A stretch of DNA of 64,000 nucleotides, from IMG/VR virus record IMGVR_UViG_2802429351_000001, positions 14,591 to 78,590 of that record. One strand, 5' to 3'. Every line of letters begins with the position of its first letter. The first letter of the stretch is position 1. This stretch comes from a virus (taxonomy: Duplodnaviria; Caudoviricetes). The notes beneath the pieces are model-generated. The model was not told the origin of the DNA. It searched no databases and saw only the letters and a program-made list of their open reading frames with translations. This document shows, piece by piece, positions 59,263 to 64,000 of this stretch. Position numbers and translations under genes: made by a program.

Positions 59263-61755
59263 ATGGCTATAATAACAAGAAAACAAAAAGGTTCTCCACT
59301 TAGTTGGGAGGAAATAGATGAAAATTTCAAAACCCTACAAGATGTACAAGATAATTCCTACTTTAACTCATTACAAGAAGTTATAGACTTAGAGGAAAAA
59401 CCAACATTTGGTACATTCTTTGTTAATGATAACAATGATTCTAATAAGGGGGTTTACAGATGGGCCGGTAATGAACAAGGGTTTGAACAGACTTTATCAA
59501 AAGGTGATTTAGTTGGACCACAAGGCCCACAAGGAAACCAAGGCCCAGAAGGAGAATTAGGACCAGAAGGCCCACAAGGCCCACAAGGCCCACAAGGTCC
59601 CCAAGGAGAAAAAGGGGAACAAGGATCCCAAGGCCCTGCCGGACCTAAAGGAGACAAAGGAGAAGGTGGTGACTGGTATAAATCGTTCAACACCCACACT
59701 GCTGCAAAAAGTTTTTACGATGAAAATATACTAGGGACGCCAAATGAAATGTTGTTCGAAAATTCAGAACTAAAAATAGTAAACACTTCGGATTCAATTA
59801 ACTATCCTAATGCAAATTACAGATGGAAAGCTGCACAGACGGACAGAATAGAATTTTCATCTCCTTTAAGTGAAAAGTCAGGAAATTACATTTTTGCAAC
59901 AGGCGCGAGTCCTAATTCTACACTAATTCAAACGATTAGAAACATTAAGATAGTAGGCGCTTCCGAGGACACCGATCTAACTATTGCTGTTTTCAAGAGA
60001 ACTGACGGAGGTTTGTTTCAAATACGTGTATACAAATGGGTTAATAACGCTTTTGGTGACCTAGTTTGTGAATTCAACAATTCCAACTATACTCCCTCAA
60101 AAAACCTTGAATCGCTAAAATTAACAGAGGTTTCAGATAGTGGCATATCGGGTTATATTGATGTAGATTGGGGTAATTTCCCAAACGGTACGTCCTTAAC
60201 GAGTATGGGATATGCAGTTTCCGGAATATCTAAATTATATTATGCTGCTTCTAGCGCCTCACCATCTTCTAGCGTAGAAACGTCTTACACACCATTCAAT
60301 CAAGCTAATAACATTAACGTTCATTTGTTAGCGGCGGTTAAACAATTAACATTGTTTACGAGCGACATGTCAAAAAAATACGCAGTTACTTTTGTAAACG
60401 TTCAGAGTAATAGAAGGGCGTTTAAGGTTTTTGAGGACAAAGACGGCACATTAACAGAAGTTTGCTCAGTAGATAACTCTAATGCAGGTACCATAGGGGT
60501 AGAAGATTTGTTTATCCCGTCAGTAGGTTTAAGGTCTGAATATGCTTACGTAACAATTGATTGGGATTATTTGATTGCCAACCTGCCGAATCGGGTGCTA
60601 TCAGGTGCAAATTACTCGATAGCAGGTATAGATATTAATAACTTAAGAGTTATTCACGAAGAATCTAGCGGTAATAACTATAGTGGTATAAGTGTGCTTA
60701 AAGAGGGGTTTGCAAATACTTTAAACGTAAATTGGTCTGAAACAACAAGTGGCTATCAAACCACTTCCACAGGTGTGGCTAACTATTTTTTATTCAACAC
60801 TCAGTTTAATGTTGAGAAACGAACTACTTCTGTTAGATTCAAATTGAGCTCTAATGGAGTAGCTAATTTTCATTTTGTCGGGAAAGAAAACTATCCAGAT
60901 AGAAAATATTCAGAAGTTATAGTTAATTCGAATGGTACATTCTATCTAGGAGATAAGAATTTGAATAACACCGTTAATCCGAATTTAGCAGCAGTTAATT
61001 TCACCTTTAACGCTAGTGATGAATATCAGTTAGACATATATAGAGAGGGGCTTAGATACCTAGCTGTTTTGATTAATGTGAGAACAGCTAACAGGTGGGA
61101 ATTACAATTAATATCTACAAGTTATACCTACTTCACCGACAAAGATTCTCTTAAAGTTTTCTTGCAATCGGGGTCAAGCCTTGAAATAACTAAGTATAGA
61201 GTTAGTGTTCCTAGATCAGTTCTCGAAGTGATGGGAGACTCTATTACCGAAGGTGATAGGCTCACGAATAACGATCCAAATTCAGATATGCGTTGGTTTG
61301 ACTTTGTACAAACAAATTGCATAAGGGAAGCTAATGTTTCCGGTAGGTCGGCAGGGGTTGTACAGGGCGTTATAAACAAGATAGAAAGTGAGTTGAACAT
61401 CACACGTCCAGAGTGGTTAATGCTTACTATAGGAACTAATGCAGGAGGTACAGAGTCGCAGTATCGAACAATATTAGATTCGTTAATAGCAAAAGGTATA
61501 AAGCCGATTCTTAATGTAATTCCGCTGAAAGGGACAGAAACAAATCACAATAGTACACATAATGCTATTTTGAATATTGTCGAAGAGTACAAAATACCTT
61601 CAGTGCGATTCGACTTAGCCCTTGCATTAAACAACGATATAAGCCAAGGAAGGGATATTAATTTGTTTGAAGATGATTCTCATCCAAACGCAGCAGGAAG
61701 TATAGCTATGTACAATAGATGCTTATTGGATGTGCCTTTTTTATTCAAAAAGTAA
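59263..61755 (+). CDS. Collagen-repeat fibre/spike with C-terminal SGNH hydrolase
   Basis: G-P-Q collagen triplets; SGNH blocks GDSIT, G, GTNA, DDSHPN. Confidence 0.8.
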   Translation: MAIITRKQKGSPLSWEEIDENFKTLQDVQDNSYFNSLQEVIDLEEKPTFGTFFVNDNNDSNKGVYRWAGNEQGFEQTLSKGDLVGPQGPQGNQGPEGELGPEGPQGPQGPQGPQGEKGEQGSQGPAGPKGDKGEGGDWYKSFNTHTAAKSFYDENILGTPNEMLFENSELKIVNTSDSINYPNANYRWKAAQTDRIEFSSPLSEKSGNYIFATGASPNSTLIQTIRNIKIVGASEDTDLTIAVFKRTDGGLFQIRVYKWVNNAFGDLVCEFNNSNYTPSKNLESLKLTEVSDSGISGYIDVDWGNFPNGTSLTSMGYAVSGISKLYYAASSASPSSSVETSYTPFNQANNINVHLLAAVKQLTLFTSDMSKKYAVTFVNVQSNRRAFKVFEDKDGTLTEVCSVDNSNAGTIGVEDLFIPSVGLRSEYAYVTIDWDYLIANLPNRVLSGANYSIAGIDINNLRVIHEESSGNNYSGISVLKEGFANTLNVNWSETTSGYQTTSTGVANYFLFNTQFNVEKRTTSVRFKLSSNGVANFHFVGKENYPDRKYSEVIVNSNGTFYLGDKNLNNTVNPNLAAVNFTFNASDEYQLDIYREGLRYLAVLINVRTANRWELQLISTSYTYFTDKDSLKVFLQSGSSLEITKYRVSVPRSVLEVMGDSITEGDRLTNNDPNSDMRWFDFVQTNCIREANVSGRSAGVVQGVINKIESELNITRPEWLMLTIGTNAGGTESQYRTILDSLIAKGIKPILNVIPLKGTETNHNSTHNAILNIVEEYKIPSVRFDLALALNNDISQGRDINLFEDDSHPNAAGSIAMYNRCLLDVPFLFKK
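59515..59665 (+). repeat. Collagen-like GXY repeat
   Basis: Repeated GGCCCACAA / GGACCAGAA triplets. Confidence 0.9.
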
Positions 61756-61900
61756 ATTATGATAAATCAAACCCTCATATAATGTAGACCGGTAAGAGAA
61801 GTTAATAATACCTTTTCTATTATTATACTGGAATTAGACAAGTATAAACGAATATACAGTACTCATATTCCTATTTGATATGAGGTTGAATTTTTATATT

Positions 61901-62458
61901 ATGGCAAATAAAAAGTTTTATAATCCTAAAATAAACATACAAAAATTTGGTGATTGGTATATTACTAAAAACCTCTTAATTCAATTAGAACCCGCTATAA
62001 AAAAGGGAAGTATAGCTGGCCAAAAAAGAGCAGCCCAAGAATTAAAGAGAATAGTAAGAAGAAATATTAGAGAGAATGGGGGTAAAATAGGTTGGCCCCC
62101 AGTTTCTGAGAAATATGCTAAATATAAAAGAAAAAAGGGTTTTGACCCAGAAAATCTATATGTGATGACTGGTTTATATTATCGTTCTATAAAAATATAT
62201 AGGGACGGAAACAATATATCAATAGGTTTAAAAAGGTATACTAGGCATCAAGGTAGGACAAATAATAATTTAACACTTATAAAAATAGCAAACATATTAG
62301 AAAATGGTAGTGCTGTAAGAAATATAAAAGCTAGACCTTTATGGAAACCATCTTATAAACAGTTTGGTGGTAGTAAAAGATTAAAAGGTTTTATATTATG
62401 GCATGTACGTAATGAGATTAAAAAAAGAACTGGTGTTACACCTAAATTAACTTATTAA
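61901..62458 (+). CDS. Neck/tail-completion protein (HK97 gp10-like; probable start 61901)
   Basis: IANILENGS...IKARPLWKPS motif. Confidence 0.6.
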   Translation: MANKKFYNPKINIQKFGDWYITKNLLIQLEPAIKKGSIAGQKRAAQELKRIVRRNIRENGGKIGWPPVSEKYAKYKRKKGFDPENLYVMTGLYYRSIKIYRDGNNISIGLKRYTRHQGRTNNNLTLIKIANILENGSAVRNIKARPLWKPSYKQFGGSKRLKGFILWHVRNEIKKRTGVTPKLTY

Positions 62459-63144
62459 TGGCTTTACCAATAACGCAACAATTGATTGAAAGATCTATAT
62501 TCAAGGCTATAAAAGAAATTATAGTTAAAGAAGGTTATTTTCCAGATGTAGATAATTATAGTATAGATAATCCAGAACCAGCTATAGCTGAATCTGAGCA
62601 AAAAAGGTTAAAACATGATGTTAAGATAATAGCAGCAGAAAAAGGTTATGCTGTAGAATTATTTAGTAATGGTACACAAGAAGACAGGGGTCAAATTAAA
62701 CCCCCCAGGATAGTCATAGAATCAGAGTCATTCCTACCGGGTGAATTAGGTATAGATACTACTAAAACTTTTGAAAAAAAAGAAAACGGTAATTATAAAG
62801 CTATAGATAATTCATTTCTGACCCAATTATCAGATTATTATTTTTACATAAGACTTATATCAAATAGTGTAGAACAAGAAAGAGTATTAAATTCTATAAT
62901 AATATCATCTATACCCAGGAGGGGTTATTTGAAATGGGCAGATCAAGCAATACTAAACCCTCATTCTAATATAATGATACAATACCTTTCACATACAGAA
63001 ACCAATTGGGATCAAGGCATAAAGGAAAAAAGTTTTAGGTATGAAATTAAGGATATAATGGAAATAGGGCCAAAAGAGATACCCGGGGAAATACCTGCAA
63101 TAAAGAATCTATCTATTAATGATTTAGAAATTGAAATAAAATGA
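62458..63144 (+). CDS. Tail terminator-like protein
   Basis: Position and size; PPRIVIE segment. Confidence 0.4.
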   Translation: MALPITQQLIERSIFKAIKEIIVKEGYFPDVDNYSIDNPEPAIAESEQKRLKHDVKIIAAEKGYAVELFSNGTQEDRGQIKPPRIVIESESFLPGELGIDTTKTFEKKENGNYKAIDNSFLTQLSDYYFYIRLISNSVEQERVLNSIIISSIPRRGYLKWADQAILNPHSNIMIQYLSHTETNWDQGIKEKSFRYEIKDIMEIGPKEIPGEIPAIKNLSINDLEIEIK

Positions 63145-64000
63145 ATATCCAGGATTTAATTGATGAAATCTTCTCTAAATTACCAGATAATAACCGTTTA
63201 AAGGTTAAGGTATTCAGAGAAGTTTTTCAGCGTATAATAAATGAATTAGGCACCGATGAAAATGATGGTGGTGATACAGTTTCAGAAAATAGTTTACAAG
63301 CTATATTAAACAACTCCTCACAGGCTACCATTAATAAGATATTAAAATTAGTAGCTACTAATTTCGAGATAACTGAAAACGGTATACTCAAAATAAAAGA
63401 TAATTCCAACCTACTTTTACAAAATGGTTCTAGGATTAATTTAGGTAATTCTAGTTTAGACTTACTAGATACTGTTATAGATATAAATGATTTAGATGCT
63501 TTAATTCAAACTACATCGCTATTATTTGATAATTTATACCTAAATTTAGTTAATTCAAACTTAGACTTAGAATCTATTGATATCATAGGAGATAACGAGA
63601 AAATCTCTGTAGGATTAACTGATAACCTACCAACCTATAATTTTTATCATAGCGGCGATAATAAGGGTATATTTTCTATAAATAATGATAATAATATAAC
63701 TTATGTAAAAGCGGATGATGGGAAAATATTATGGTCTTCTAATTTAATTGGTCCCTGGAATACCAATATTGAAAGAAGTGGTGAAAGTACAGAACCTTTT
63801 ACATCTATAGCTTTTATAACATTAGAGGAATATGAAAACTTAGTAGACCCAACACCCGGTATTTATTATTTACCAACAGAATTACCAAGTGGTCCACAAG
63901 GCCCAACAGGACCCATAGGACCGCAAGGTCCAGAAGGCCCAGAAGGACCCCAAGGAGAAATAGGACCAGAAGGTCCCCAAGGCCCACAAGGTGAACAAGG
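63141..64000 (+). CDS. 3'-truncated collagen-repeat fibre protein (absent from ORF track)
   Basis: ATG overlaps the upstream stop; open to the window end; [18 protein letters not shown]...[16 protein letters not shown]. Confidence 0.8.
   Translation, partial: MNIQDLIDEIFSKLPDNNRLKVKVFREVFQRIINELGTDENDGGDTVSENSLQAILNNSSQATINKILKLVATNFEITENGILKIKDNSNLLLQNGSRINLGNSSLDLLDTVIDINDLDALIQTTSLLFDNLYLNLVNSNLDLESIDIIGDNEKISVGLTDNLPTYNFYHSGDNKGIFSINNDNNITYVKADDGKILWSSNLIGPWNTNIERSGESTEPFTSIAFITLEEYENLVDPTPGIYYLPTELPSGPQGPTGPIGPQGPEGPEGPQGEIGPEGPQGPQGEQ

Noticed and set aside
400-63409. Many minus-strand and alternate-frame ORFs in the track (e.g. 400..702, 7301..7675, 14489..14866, 19910..20329, 25403..25798, 47922..48347, 53926..54216, 59454..59699)
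   Set aside because: They are shadows of longer, motif-bearing genes, with low-complexity Ser/Phe/Leu translations and no promoter context.
1-64000. Stop-codon reassignment as in some crAss-like phages
   Set aside because: Core genes are full length under the standard bacterial code and TAA, TAG and TGA all terminate genes.
1-64000. tRNA, rRNA, integrase, transposase, reverse transcriptase/DGR, 7-deazaguanine or PurZ modification genes
   Set aside because: No cloverleaf or diagnostic motif recognised by eye; tRNAscan-SE and HMM searches would be needed to exclude them formally.

Overview
This is a 64 kb segment of an AT-rich (about 30% GC by eye), apparently lytic tailed dsDNA phage, probably a contractile-tailed virus of a Bacteroidota host. 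The host inference rests on Bacteroidota-type TAnnTTTG (-7) promoter boxes and AT-rich start contexts with no Shine-Dalgarno. Layout: (1) 1-1.8 kb, end of a baseplate/tail module; (2) 1.8-2.5 kb, a lone minus-strand sigma-factor-like gene; (3) 2.6-23.1 kb, replication/recombination/nucleotide operon (DnaB, primase, SF2 helicase, two tandem thymidylate-synthase-fold genes, dCMP deaminase, family A polymerase, UvsY, Tad1-like protein, SSB, RecA, 5'-3' exonuclease, kinase, SbcD/SbcC, resolvase, NusG paralog); (4) 23.1-49 kb, accessory region of small ORFs, many behind a conserved GGTG-N13-TATATTTG promoter, plus DenV, a repeat-rich patch at about 40.3 kb and a divergent C5 methyltransferase; (5) 49-50.2 kb, short minus-strand unit with a T4 gp56-like dCTPase; (6) 50.5-64 kb, terminase, portal, protease/scaffold, capsid, neck genes and collagen-repeat fibres. 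The two strongest leads are a probable nucleotide-level cytosine-modification pathway built on a pair of Asp-type TS-fold enzymes, and a multi-class transcription programme (three promoter types, sigma-like factor, NusG paralog, sigma4-like HTH protein). No tRNA, rRNA, CRISPR array, integrase or transposase was recognised. All protein assignments come from motif recognition by eye, not database searches.
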